Origin: Sphyrna mokarran
Taxonomy: Eukaryota
DNA length: 64,000 bases
Direction of reading: 5' to 3'
Assembly: GCA_024679065.1 (NCBI GenBank)
Contig: JAGIQG010000002.1
Location: 64,170,001-64,234,000, forward strand
The translations under genes and the position numbers were made by a program. Shown here in pieces: positions 28,201 to 43,200 of this stretch; within the stretch, counting starts at the first letter, position 1; every line of letters starts with the position of its first letter. Under the pieces are notes generated by a model. The model was not told where the DNA came from. It saw only the letters and a list, made by a program, of their open reading frames with translations, and searched no databases.

Positions 28201-31200
28201 TGCTTGCCTTTATCATCCAGGGTATTGAGTTTAAAAATTGGCAAGTCATGATGCAGCTTTATTGAACCTTAGTTAGGGCGCACTTGGAAGATAGTGTTCA
28301 ATTCTGGTTCATAGAACGATGTCGAGGCTTTGGAGAGGGTACTGAAAAGATTCATCAGGATGTTGCCGGGTATGGAGAACATTAGCTATGAGGAGAGTTT
28401 GGAGAAAGTTGGTTTGTTCTCACGGATGTGACGGAGATTGAGGGGAGGCCTGATAGAAGTCTGCAAGATTATGAGACGCATAGACTGAGCGGATAGTCAG
28501 AAGCTTTTTCCCAGGGTGAAAGAGTCAATTACTAAGGGGCATAGGTTTAAGGTGCAAGGGGCAAGGATTAAAGGAGATGTAAGAGGCAAATTATTTTACA
28601 TGAACAGTAGTGGGTTCCTGGAACTTATTGCCACGTGAGGTAGTAGAAGCAGATGAGGTAGTGACTTTTAAGGAGTGTCTTGACGAGTACATGAATAGGA
28701 TAGGAATAGAGGGATACGGAAGGGTAGGGGGTTTTAATTAATTCAGACAGCAAGTCAGTGCAGGCTTGGATGGCCAAATGACCTGTTCCTGTTCTGTAAT
28801 TTTCTTTATTTTTTGTTCATACATTTTCCTTCCTATGTGTAGTCCTTCACATTTGTCTGCAGTAAGTTTCATCTACTGTTGTTCTCTCCATTAACATATT
28901 GTATCCAATTCAACTTCGGGTTTCTAAGTGGCCTCTGTTTCTGTATATACACCCCTCCTAATCTGGTTATCATCACTGGTGCATGCAATTGCGTGAGTTA
29001 ATTTTGACTTTTTCTGTGTTTAGGATCTACTGGTATATGCAAGTATAACTTCACCTGAAGCTACAATAAATAATAGTGTTAATCTCAATGTTACCGCGAT
29101 TGAAACCCTACCTCCTCCAGTGTTGTATCAGAGATACTGTAGCTGCTTATGTGCAGCTTTTCCATATCCTTGTCCAGATCTTGAAGCAACCTTTCATAAG
29201 CAGTTTTATCCATCATTGTTGGAATGTTATATGTCAACTCTCCAAAGGCATCTTGCTTCAGAAAAGCCTGGGGAATATGCTGCTTCACCAGGGAGGTTAC
29301 AAGGCCAACATCGCATGACTCATCAGATCCTACAATGTAGGGCTATTGAAATAAGAGCAATAAAGCTTTTTTGACCAAACATTGCATTGTTAATTTGTAA
29401 GCCAACTTGTCCACATTAATTTCAATGTTCATTGGTAAAAATCTTCCATACATGGAAGGTATTAGTCAGACACACACCTGTACCATTAAATGGTAGAGAA
29501 AAACTAATGAAAACTTACAAATAATTTGTATAATTTACATAAAAAGACAAAAAGCTATTGATGGAGGCATAAAGGCCATATGTCTTGAACTTAATTTAAC
29601 TTAGATAGCTATCAATTAACTAAAGTGGGAATTTTCAAAGGGCTGCAAGTCAGGATCAAAGATGCCATGCTTTGGAAACCACAGTCCAAGTCTTGTACTG
29701 GATGCTCAATGCCTCCAGGGCAGTTTTAAATTTTCAAAGAGCCGATGAGAAGGACAGAATAGGGAACACCATTGCTGTCAATTAATGGGCCTCTGAAAAC
29801 TCATTAAGGGGCCTATCCATTTGAATTTGGAATTTTCACATTTTTTTCCAGTGAGTCAAACATTCTTGCACATGTGAATGCACAGATATCAGGTTAGTCG
29901 TGGGGACCTAATAAGATCCGATTGAGGCCATCCCCATGCATGCGGAACTTAGCTATATGATAGCTGGCATTTCCTCATCAGAGTTAAAATACTTTTTCGT
30001 CTGAAAATCAGAACTTCCGCAAATATGTCTGAGTTTCAATAAACATTAATGGTAGTATGCAGTTTTATTCAATCTCTTGAGAGATGCACACCTTTTTTGC
30101 AATACTGAGGCTATAACCCTGTCCATACTGTTCCTTTAAGGAGGCAGGAGAACCACTGCATCTCAACTGGCCATTTTCAAGGATGGCAATTCGATCACTC
30201 AGAATGTCTGCTTCATCCAAATGATGGGTACTGAAAATGATAGTACGATCTAGCAAAAAAAAATATATTTTAATGACAATGACAGTGACAGATAGATGAG
30301 CAACTTGTATCAATGTTATAGTATGGCACATACAGTATCAGTGGGAAGCAGAGATTGACCTGGGAACATTGTGCTAAGTAAGAAATTTAGTGCAAGTTAG
30401 CTCCCCATGGTGAAAATGTTTTAAGCTGTAATGTAGCTTCATAGTTAGAATCTGGCTTAGACTTTTAAAACTGAAAAAGAAACGACATGCTAGTTAAGAT
30501 ATCTAATTTCAAAAACTGCTCATCATCAGCAACAGTAAACTGACAAGCAACTGCAAGTGGTTGTCTGAATTATTATTTAGTTTACTATTAATTACTCAGT
30601 TCCAAAGAAGCATTATGCTGGGTTTAAAATGTTAGCTCTTGTTTTTAACTCCGTAGATTCTGCCAAATATGCTGAGCTTTTCCAGCATTCTGATTTTATT
30701 TCAGATTTCCAGCATCTTCACTCTAATTTTTATGATGCTGTGATCAGACTTGCAGGCTTCATTGGAAACACAAAAGATGTTTATTAACAAGGAACAACTC
30801 TACAGAGGCCAACTGCTCCAATCCCTTCGTGTTTTCTAGACATCTGCCTAAGAGAGAATACCATCACCTGGGAGTTCTTAATCATTCTCAATCCCAATTG
30901 GTCCCCCAAGCTAGGTGACTTTCTTCTGCTGTGTTGTCTTAAAGAGACAGAGGTTCTATTTTTAATTCTTTTTATATTATCTCCAGCAACTAATTTGTGT
31001 TTTTTCTTTGTCTCCAAATTAGGAGATGGTAACTTGCTATTACTTTAACTTAATTATTAATTTAGCTAAGTAATTAAACAAATAAAATTAAAACAATGCC
31101 AGGATAGGTTGTATGCTGTGATTGCATAACGTGGGATTTTGTGGAGTACGTTATAGTCCTGGATACCAAGGCCTGGATTTTAATGAAACGCCCAGCCGGG

Positions 31201-34200
31201 AATCGGGGCAGACAAGGATCACAATAAGGCATTTCTGCTGGCCTCGGAATCGATCTTACAAGTCTCAGGCAGGCGTGCTGGTAAAATTCCGGCCCAAGTC
31301 TGCAACAGGTTTCTGCAGTTTAAGCAATTTGGCTTTGAGTTGCTGAGCTGGAACAAGAATTGTAGACATTGGATCAGCTGAAGGAGATTTACCTGGAAAT
31401 GTTGTTCTGGGAAGCAGTCAAAACCCTTTGTCAAGTAGAATATCCTATTTGGTCAATGATTGAGTCAGGAAGGTGATACTGAGAGTCAGGCAGGTATGAC
31501 TGTCCAGCATGTAGTGATGGAGGGGTCTCAGCCTTTTGTCTTATACAATAAAGTTAAACATGCTACCAGATGTATGGATAAGCTGACCATGGCACTATGA
31601 TGCAGGAAACCATTTGTGTGGGGAGACTGAAAAGGAGTATGATAATGATAGAGGACAGTATAATTGGGTGAATTGATACTGTTCTATGCAACCACAAGTT
31701 CCAAAGTTTGTGTTGCCTTTCATGTGCCAAGGTTAAGGATATTTCCTAATTGCAGGAAAAGAGCTTGGACTGTGAAGGAGAGTGTTTTATTGTAAGCAAT
31801 GATATTGGTCGAACTAGAAATGGTGTCCTGTTGAGAGCTTGAGCATTGGGTTCAAGTTAAAACATAGAATTGCAAAGTCATAATATCTGGATTGTAATCA
31901 CAGCAGCACACTTGTTGGTGTCAAACAGATTAGAGAATTAAATATGTGACTCAAAGAGTAGTGTAAGGAACAGGAAGTTTTAATTCATGGGACAGTGGCA
32001 CTATTTTAAAGCAAGCTGCAGTCAGATGAATTATATAACTAGGGTTGTGGATAGAGCTTTAAATTAAAAAGAGAGGGTTCTGGTAATGGAAAATCTTAAA
32101 AGTCTGAAGAAAAATTATGAGATGACAGAAATGTAGCAATTTGAGTAATGACAGGAAGAGTGGGAGTAAGAGCACCTTCAAAAATAGATACATCAATGGT
32201 TATTTTCAGACCATTGGACAGTACTACAGTCTTTCCTATCAATGGAATCCATAACCAGGATTCTTCCAGCCCGCTGTGCTGCTTGTGTACACAGCTGACT
32301 GGGAGACAATGTTAGTGGGATCTTGCGACTGGCATCTGGCCGATCGAGGGTCTCCCAAGCTCCTTTTTTCCGTGAAATCAGCCCCGTGCCGGGAATTGGG
32401 TAGGTCAGCAATCAGGATCCAGGCAATCAGATAGTTGGGGGAGAGGCAGTGGGATTGCACAGTACCAGAGATTTGTGAAACTAAGCATGTCCAAAAAAAT
32501 GGGTGGGAAATTCTCCCATTTTCCCACCTGTTGGGCACTTAGTTTTTTTTGGGAGAATCCTGGCCCATAATTCCCACCCCACTATTCTCAAATGACAACC
32601 ATGAACAGATATGTCTGGAAACTGTTCACTGATTTTCCATGTCACTATCTATTTCTCCAGACCTGTCACCTGCACCAGGCAGCATCTGCCAGCTCAAGGA
32701 GAGGGAACACCCACAATCACAGAATTGTTAGAGCGCAGGAAGAGGTTATTCAGCCCATTGTGCCTGCACCAGCTCTCCAAATGAACCATGTGCCATTCCT
32801 CTGCTTTCTCCCAGGAATCCTGCATATTTCCCTTTTTCAGGCAACAGGGTGTATTCCTTTTGTATGTTTTGGCTGAACCTACCCCTCCATAAACTCTGAG
32901 GCACAGCATTCCAGACCTTGACTGCGTGTTGTGTGAAAATGCTTTTACTCAAGCTTTTAAGGATAGGAACTGTTTCTCCCAATCTATACTATCCACATCA
33001 TGATTGGTACAAGTCCCATCATCCGTCAAGAGTAGTCTCAATGTCTATTGACTTCTCTCCAGCACTACTTTCCCAGCCAAGCATTCATCTGCTTTATCCT
33101 TCTATTTTTATATTAACTTGCATGTGATACTGAGAGTCATCTGGAAGTCATTAATTTGAGGTCTTGCTTTCTAATTTCCTATTAAACTCTTTAAATTTTG
33201 ACCGAATCCATCTTTCAGAACAGAGAATACCTTTCCTTGTCCGTTAGAAGAATGTAGATTGTAGATTATAGTTGCTTAGCCTGGTGAATTCTGCAACCTG
33301 CCCCAAGAATTTAGCACAAATTTTAAAGAAAGACAGTGATGGAGCCTTCTGACGATTCCATGGAATGGACAAAATTGTTAAATCAAACAAGAATTCGCAT
33401 TAGATCAAGCAACAAATCTCTCCCTTTCTGATTGCCTTCCAGAATTTAATGAGAACAATGCCGCTTAAGATGCAGCACCATATTAAATGGCTAGGAAGAC
33501 TCCACGGATATTTCATTGCTGCAGTTAACCTTATTATCGTTCCTCCTTACTTCTTCTGTTTTTCAGTATAATATCCCAGATGTTACGTCGGGAACAAGGA
33601 TCAACACCGCTGGTAGGTTCATCCAAAATGATAGTCGAGGAGCCTCCAATAAATGAAATTGCTAATGAGAGCTTTCTCTTTGTTCCTCCAGATAAAGTTC
33701 CAATACGTTTATGCTGATGTTGACCAATCTCTACATTCTCAAGTGCCCTGGAAGGAATACAGGATGTAAGTCAGCATGTAAATTATTAAAACACAGTGAA
33801 TCACATGCAAAAGAAGCATTGTATTAAACTGCCTAGTTCAAATGACCCTTAACATTCTGAGGATGACCCTACAATTTATGACTTGCATGACTCTTAAAAA
33901 AATAGACTCCAGACTGTTGGTTCCAAATTTAATGTTGTTAACAAGAAAGGGAAGTATTTTATTCTCTTATTTAAAGCCATGCTCTTTTCAAGAAGATGTA
34001 TCATTTAGATAATCGTGTTGTTGCTTGAAGAGGCCTGATTCAGAGTTTCAGTTAAGAACATTCACAGGCTTATCTGCATTATAAGAATACAAACTAGCAA
34101 CTTCATCAAGCTGGCTGGAGCAGCAATTCAATCCCCAATCTGATATTTTCTACATATATTGAACCTTTTGACTGATGTCAATTGAGTGTTTCAGACTCTA

Positions 34201-37200
34201 CTTAACCTGAAATGTCAGGTCTGCTCAAGATTGTGAGGCAGCATTTTAACTCAAGGTCCACTTAACTGGTAGAATGCTGCTTTTTTAAGGTAACTTGTGA
34301 GCAATAAAATATTGCAATTTCATGCAAGTCTCTGGCTTTATCTACTTGAAGTGTCAAGTAATGACATCCACATGTACATAGGTCCGAACAAATGTAAGTT
34401 TTATCACTGCAAAATAGTTAACATAAATTATGGATTAGAAGCCTTGCTGCAGAGCTTCATGTCACATGGTTTACTGCACCTTTTTTGCTTTCCTATCCAT
34501 TTAAATGAAAATGAAGTGAAATTCATGCTGTATGCGCTGACCTCTGTGCCTGAATTCCTGACAAACATTGCTGTCAACATCATCTTGTAATTATATAGCA
34601 CCTTTGCTGAAGAAAATGTCCCAGGACAATTCAGAGAAGTGTAATGACACAAAATAAAAGAAATACCAAGAGAGACATTAGAAATGGGAGCTAAAATACC
34701 TTTTGAAAAGACATGGTTGTTAAGCAGAGAAGAAAGAGAAGTGCAGATGAGAAATGGAAATTTTGCAAAGAAATTCTGTATTGCTGAGAGCGGAAGCCAT
34801 GTCTGTCAAAGGAAATGAGGATATATATTAGGTCAGAGTTGGTGAAATGCAGCTCTAGAGTGTAGAGCTGGAAGATGTTATAAAAATAGAGAGGAGTGAA
34901 ATAAAAAAGACATTTGAGTGTAATGACGAGACTTTTACATCTGAGGTATTGGCTGGAATTCTCCAACCTCACACACCAACTGGAATTCTCCCATCCCACT
35001 ACTCTAAATGAAGACTTGCAGTGGTGGTAAGGCATACAACTTTGGAGTGTTCCAACTACTGAGTCACCAAAAGTCAATGTTGGTCAGTTAACACAAGGGA
35101 GCACATCCCTGCTGGCTCCACAGGCCCATTTCATGCTGTAATGAGTATATATTGACAGAAAGCCAGGCTTCTGGCCTTCACTAGGAGATGGCTGGCAGCT
35201 CGGGAAAAGTGCTGCAATGGTCAGAAAAGGCAAACTCAGTAAGAAGTCTCACAACACCAGGTTAAAGTCTAACAGGTTTATTTGGTAGCAAAACCAACTA
35301 GCTTTCAGAGCACTGATTGTCCCTTCATCAAATAAGTGGGAGTTCTATTCATAAACAGAACATATAAAGACACAGACTTAATTTACAAAATAATGAGTGG
35401 ATTATGAGTCTTTATAGATAATTAAGTTTTAAAGGCACAGACAATGTGAGTGGAGAGTGTGTTAAGCATAGGTTAAAGAGATGTGTTTTGTCACAGACAG
35501 GACAGTTAGTGAGGTTTTGCAAGTCCAGACAAGTTGTGGGGGTTACAGTTAGTATGATATGAACCCAAGATCCCGGTTCAGGCAGAACTTGGCTATCTGT
35601 CTCTGCTCAGTGACTCTGCATCATCATGTGTCGTGAAGGCTGCTTGGAGAACGCTTATCTGAAGATCAAAGGCCGAATGCCTGTGACGACTGAAGCGTTC
35701 CCTAATAGGAAAAGAACAGTCTTGCCTGGTGATTGAAGAGCGGTGTTCATTCATTCATTATCATAGCGTCTGCATGGTCTGCACAACTACCTTGCCTCAG
35801 GACATCCTTTCTGCAGCGACCAGGTAAATGTTGACTGAGTTGCAAGAGTATGTACCGTATATCTGGTGGATGGTGTTCTGACATGAGATGATGGTATCCA
35901 TGTCAATGATCTAGCACACCATGCAGGGGTTGCTGAGGCAAAGTTATGTGGTGTCGTGGTCACTGTTCTCCTGAAGGCTCGGTAGCTTGCTGCGGACAAT
36001 AGTCCATTTGAGGTTACGTGGTTGTTTGAAGGCAAGAAGTTGGTGTGTAGGGATGGCCTTGGCAAGATGTTTGTCTTCAATGACAGTTGAAGGCTCTGGA
36101 GAAGATGTTGTACCTTCTCTGCTCCAAGGAAGTACTGGACGATGAAGCATACTCTGTACACCATGTCCATGTTTGTCTTCTGAGGAAGTCGGTGCAGTTT
36201 TTGGCTGTGGCATGTCGGAACTGTCAATTAATGAGTCGAGCACCATATCCTATTCTTATGAGGGCATCTTTCAGTGTCTGGAGGTTTCTGTTGTGATCCT
36301 CCTCATCTGACAGATCCTGTGTGTACAGTGGGCTTCTCTGTAGAGGATGGTTTCTTTAATACGTTTAGGGTGGAAACTGGAGAAGTGAAGCATCGTGAGG
36401 TTATCCGTGGGCTTGCAGTACGGTGAAGTGCTGAGGTGACCATCCTTAATGGAGATGCGTGTGTCTCATGGTGAACAGTCAATGAAAGAACTATATGAAT
36501 GACATCAGGCAGTTCCAACCCACCTTCAGACTCACCATGGTCTACTTTCCGGAACTGGTTGCATTTTTCCTCATAAGAACAGGATATGGAGTTCGACTCA
36601 TTGAACGATAGTTCCAGTGCGTCACAGCAAAAAAAAACAAATCAACCTCCGCAGAAGACAAATATGGGACACAGTGGACATAGTAACCTTTGTCATCCAG
36701 TACTTCCCTGGAGCAGAGAAGTTACAACATCTTCTCTGGAGCCTTCAACATGTTATTGATGAAGACGAACATCTCGCCAAGGCCATCCCCACACCCCCCT
36801 TCTTGCCTTCAAACAACCACAAACAGACCATTGTCTGCAGCAAACTAACCAGCATTCAGGAAAAGAATGACCATGACACCACACAATCCTGCCACATCAA
36901 CCCCTGCATGATGTGCTCGATCATCAAGAGAGATGCCATCATCTCATGTGAGAACACCATCCACCAGATACAATGTACATATTCTTGCAACTCAGCCAAC
37001 GTTGTCAATCTGATACACTGCAGGAAAGGATGTCCCAAGGCATGATTCGCTGGGAAGACCATGCAGATTTTACGACAATGGATGAATGAATACTGCTCGA
37101 CAATTATCAGGCAAGAGTGTTCCTGTTAGGGAACACTTCAGCAGTCACAGGCATTTGGCCTCTGATTTTCAGGTAAACATTCTCCAAGGTGGCCTTCATG

Positions 37201-40200
37201 ACACACGACAGCGCAGAGTCACTGAGCAGAAACTGATAGCCAAGTTCCACACATGTGAAGATGGCCTCAACCGGGATCTTGGGTTCACACTATCTGTAAT
37301 CCCCACAACTTGCCTGGACTTGCAAAATCTCACTAACTTTCCTGTCTGGAGACAATACACATTTCTTTAACCTGTGCTTAAATTCTCTCCACTCACATTG
37401 TCTGTATCTTTGAGACTTGATTATGTGTAAAAACTCACATTCCAATCCTTATTTTGTAAATTGAGTTTGTGTCTTTTTATGCCCTGTTTGTGAATAGAAC
37501 TCCCACTTACCTGACGAAAGGGCAGCAAGCATTCTGAAAGCTAGTGGCTTTTCTACCAAATAAACCCATTGGACTTTTGTTGTGTTTATCCCAGTCCAAT
37601 GTCAGCATCTCCACATCAGAAAAGGCAAAGCAGCCAGCTGCTTGGAACCAATTGCCAGAAACCAGAGGGAAGATAAGTGGCAAATGTCAAGTTGGGAGAA
37701 GGATAGTGAAGGTCTGGAGGAGTCATGAGGAAGTGGTCAATGTCTCGGGGATATGTTGAGCATAGGGGGGAGTGAGAGATTCAGAACTCATCAGGTCTAA
37801 AAGGGAGAGAACCCCCACTCAGAAAAGGGCTTCTGATGGAGTTGCCTTCCTCCGCCCAACCAAAATTGAATTTAGTTTATTGCTGCCCCCACTCCCCTCC
37901 CCCCCGCCCAGGACCTGCAAGCAACTAGATTTCAAGTAGTTGAAAAATGTTATTAGTTATTCATTGCTTTTGTGCAAAGCAGTCAGTTCTTTAATTTATT
38001 TAAAAAAAGGTATTTAAAAGCTTTTGAAATGTGCCTATTAGTGCCTTTGTGTCTAAAATCTGTTTAGTTTTAAAAGTCTCCTCGTTGACTCATAAATGGC
38101 TATAATTAGTGGATACCTACAATGCTGATTTATTCAATCTGCAGGGGTGGGGAGAGGCAGTTTTGTGGGTGAGGTTAATTACTAAAACTTTTTAAGCTGA
38201 GTAAAAATTGTGGAAACTCTGTTTGCATTGGATGTGATTTTGCCTAAAATGCCAACATCTTCTGCACTTGTTCGATTGATTTCTTTTAATCATTTAGGAA
38301 ATGCAGATGTCACTGGCAAGGCCAACAATTCTTCTCTATTGTTCTATTTTTAAGTGCCCTTGAGAGGGTGATGATGAGCCACATTTTCTTAACCACTACA
38401 GTCCATGCTCTGAAAGAATACCAAGAGTGCTATTTGAGAGTAAGTTCCATGATTTTGGTAGCGAAGGAATGGTGATATAGTTTTTAAGTCAGAATGGCAT
38501 GTGATCTGAAGAGGAACTTGCAGGTAACAGTGTTCTCATATGCCTGTTGCATTTTGTACAAAATACATTGGAGAAATAAAACTGCATGTAAAATCCTTTC
38601 TCAATATCCCCAGTACTTAATCAAGCATGGCAACATATTCAGACTTACATTTTCACCTCTTGGAGCAGCTGTTTGTATGTCCACTGTGGCGCTTTGATAA
38701 TCCCATATAACAAGAGATGTTCACGCACTGTTAAGGATTCAAACAGCACATCGTGTTGCAGGCATACTCCCAACTCTTCTCTAATGACTGACATCTCTTG
38801 ATTCATATTCTTGCCATTAATATAAACGGCCCCAGAAGTGGGCTGGTGCAGACCAGTTAACATTGACCTATGAAGTAGGCAAAACACAAGACATTAGTTC
38901 GGGGGGGTACGTTTCATATTTGAGAGCTAATAGACGACAGAGCAACAATAAACTCCCTATCAACAGCTTATCAATTTATGTAATTCTACATCATCACAAA
39001 TTCACATGTGTTCTGTTAACAGGATTTTATCCTCTAATGCTGATGCCTGAAAAGTTGGGGGACAACTAATTGGCATTATCCATCTCTGTCATCCATCTAT
39101 CCTGCCTAAGAAAGCTGATCCTCCAGGATCCTAGCTGTCTTCCTCATCTCACTGGGGCTACCCATCTTCCTGCAATTTGCCTGGACATGAGTAAATGAGG
39201 AAAGCAGGAATTTCCAACATAAAGAGCACTCCATCCTTGCACCTGATTTCATTAGCTTTTTAAGTGACTATCAGAGATTCAGCCCATCAGAAAATCTTGG
39301 GAAAAGCAGAACCTCAGTGCAACTAGGTCCCTGTCAATTTCTGATAGGTAATGACAAAGTCTTTTGGATTTTTAGAGCTTGGTTTAATTCCACAGCAAAC
39401 AAATGTCCCTCAGGTCAACATTTGGTAAGAATACATTAGCGGTGATAAATATTTCCAATAAAACTTGGACATATAATTTTGTGATGGCCTTCAAAATAGG
39501 CCAAGGAATGCATACACTTTGGCATAAAACTTGAGATTTCCAAGTTAATTTGGTACAACACACAGTTAACTCAACTGAGAACCAAAACTGCTTCTTCCCT
39601 TGCTGGAAAACTTGCTTGATATCATTATGAAATGACCAAATCCTATCTATTACTGGTAATTCGTATTCACTTTTACATCTTGTATATCAGCATTTGCAAA
39701 TGTTGGTTCACTAGCCAATTTACCTGCGTGTATGTAAACACGGTGGTTCAAAGAAAAGTGAATAAAGAACTTAAATGATCAACCAAGCTATAGAACAGTG
39801 CCAATAATAATATTTACTGAATAACATAACTTAGTAGATTTGACATGATGAAAATTAACTGCCATACAGGACAAACTAATCTTTTCCTCTCCATTTATTC
39901 TAATTTCTATCACTAAATGTCAATGCATCACTCACATTGTTGTTGTCTTGCCAGCTCCATTGGGTCCTAACAACGCTGTGATTTCTCCTTTGTAGAAATC
40001 AAAGTTCAAGTCTTTAATGGCTACTTTTTTTCTTTGCTTAAATTCTTTGGTGAGCGATCTTAAAGCAACTCCAACCTTCAAATCAGGAGCTTCTACTTCT
40101 TTCTCAGATAAATTCATAGAATTGAAGGGTTCTCCTATAAAAGTGAATAAGCAGACACAATGTATATCATAGGTTCACACCAGAATCCTTCCCTAACCAA

Positions 40201-43200
40201 CTGCTGCCATGGTAATTATGCAATCTTAACTGTTGGCAGCAATCTTATTCTTGCTGACTTCACAGTTTGATGAATATTTTGTCCTATACTTATTTTTAAT
40301 ACATTTCTGATTGCAGTCATGAAAGTGAAGCTTCTAGGATCCATTGTATTGTTGAACGATGTAATGAGATCCATGAATTAATTTGGGAATTAAAAGCTAT
40401 GGCAAAATTCAGAATCAAGATATTGTTCATGACTGAATTTTCCTGAGTGTTCGTAAAACACATTGCTTCAAAGAAAAATGGAAAATTATTCAAATGAAAT
40501 AAAAAAAACTTGTATTAAAATATGTAACAAGTAACTGGCAGTCTAGTCTGGATTTTGTGGTAGCTGTCAATGTTCACTATCCTTACCACTATGAAACTGA
40601 CAGCAATGTCTGGTGTCCACACATATGCAGTTCATCATAGAAAGTAGAATCATTGTTAGTGGGGCTAGGGGAATAAATCATGGATCTGATGTTTTTCCTG
40701 TTTATGGATCCCTTATTCATCCCCATTCACACCTCACTCCAAACCTGCAGGACAGATTTTCCCCATTTAGTATTCACCAATTAATTCACCAAGCCATCAC
40801 AGAAAGGTTTTGATTTGAATTGATTTATTATTGTCACATGTTTTAGTGTACAATGAAAAGTATTGCTGCATACTTTTCATACAAGAATGTAAATTGTTTT
40901 CAAATGATGACACCCATTATAGGCTTCCATTTACAAATATCACCTGAAACCTCTGCAGCAGGAGTCATTAACGTTAAGAGCAGCAACAATACTATGTTAG
41001 TTTTTGTGCCTTCTTTAGGTGATCCCACTACAACTATTAAACAAACTAGAACAAATACAAATCTTATTTTAATGAGATTATTTAATATGGTTAATCTCAC
41101 AAGAGAAGATTTATAAACTGTATGGTATAAACAGTAGCATTGATATCAGTGACTGCCTATAAATATTTTCTGCACCTTGCATTACATGGACATGGTGACA
41201 GAAAATTCATATTTGAGGAAAAAAATTCAATGCTTGCAAGATCTTTTCTATTCTGTAGAAGCGGAGATTTTCTTCTCTGTGTGCAATTGTGAATTCAAGA
41301 TAATTGTTTCATACAAATGCTGTAATTGATTCTTATTTTTACTAATCTCACAGAGTAGAAAGATGAAATTATTCCTCAGCAACAAAGTGTAACAATTGAA
41401 CAACATTTTTTTATTGTCAGTGAAAAGCATTGGTATCTCTATCCCACTATTTTAAGAGGCCAGAGTTTAAAGACTGCATAATTCACAATTGTATCTGTGT
41501 TTTCTTGATCAGCAGGTCTGAAAACTCACAATAATATATTGTCAATTTCTACTGTGCAGCACAACCTTATTACAATATTTCAATGCCTCAAAAAAAATCA
41601 AAGAGCACCAGGATGGAGTGGGATAACAAGTAAGTAGAAAAAAGGACAAGCTTAAAGTCATGGAAAAGACTCTTGAGAGTCATGTGTATATAAGGCAGGT
41701 TACCAATCCACTATAAATTCATTATGCACGCCTGTCTTGAAAATCTCACACCACAAAGCCTGTTCACAGAAATTACTAACAAAATAAACAGAACTCCAGC
41801 CTGTGCTTGAGAGATAATTATGGATGATAGAGGTCATCTAACTCAGTGCATCTCATTCAGCCAAAAATGACATACAAACATATGTATGAGTAAAGCTAGG
41901 CCATTCGACCCCTTGACTTACTCTGTCATAGAACATAGAACATAGAACAATACAGCACAGAACAGGCCCTTCGGCCTTCGATGTTGTGCCGACCAAAATA
42001 AAAAGCAATGCCCCTCCAAACTAAACCATTCCTTCTCTTCCATATACTTATCAATTAACCTCTTAAACGCCACCAAACTTGGCGCATCTACAACAGCTGC
42101 AGGCAGGGCATTCCACTCCCTAATCACTCTTGAGTAAAGAACCTACCTCTGATATCCGTCCTATAACTCATACCCCTTAATTTAAAGCTGTGTCCCCTCG
42201 TGCTAGCTTTCTCCATCCTAGGAAAAAGGCTATCACTGTCCACCCTATCTAAACCTCTAATCATCTTATATGTTTCGATTAGGTACCCTCTTAGCCGCCT
42301 CCTTTCTAACGAAAACAACCTCAAATCCCTCAGCCTCTCTTCATAAGACCTGCCCTCCATACCAGGCAACATCCTGGTAAACCTCCTCTGTACCCTCTCC
42401 AATGCCTCCACATCTTTCTCATAATGTGGCGACCAGAACTGCACACAATACTCCAAGTGCGGCCGCACTAGAGTTTTGTACAGCTGCAACATGATGCTGC
42501 GGCTCCTAAATTCAACCCCCTACCAATAAAAGCTAAGACTCCATAAGCCTTCTTAACAACTTTATCCACTTGACTGCCTACTTTCAGGGATCTATGGACA
42601 CATACACCAAGATCCTTCTGTTCCTCAACACTATTAAGAGCCCTACCATTAGCCCTATACTCTACACATTTATTGTTCCTGCCAAAGTGCATTACCTCCC
42701 ACTTTTCCACATTAAACTCCCTTTGCCACCTCTCGGCCCAGCTCTGCAACTTGTCCAAGTCACTCTGTAAACTATAACACCCCTCTTCACTATCTACCAC
42801 TCCACCGACTTTAGTGTCATCTGAAAATTTACTGATCCATCCCTCAATACCCTCATCCAGATCATTTATAAAAATTACAAACAGCAGGGGCCCCAAAACA
42901 GACCCCTGAGGCACACCACTCGTCACCGAACTCCACGATGAATATCTCCCATCAACCACCACCCTCTGTCTTCTATCTGCCAGCCAATTCCTAATCCAAT
43001 TAGCTAAATCACCCTCTATTCCACACATCTGCATTTTCTGTAGAAGTCTTCCATGGGCCACCTTATCAAAAGCCTTACTAAAGTCCATATATACTACATC
43101 AACCGCCTTACCCCCATCCACCTCTCTGGTCACTTTCTCAAAAAACTCAATGAGGTTAGTAAGGCATGACCTACCCTTCACGAAACCATGCTGACCATCC

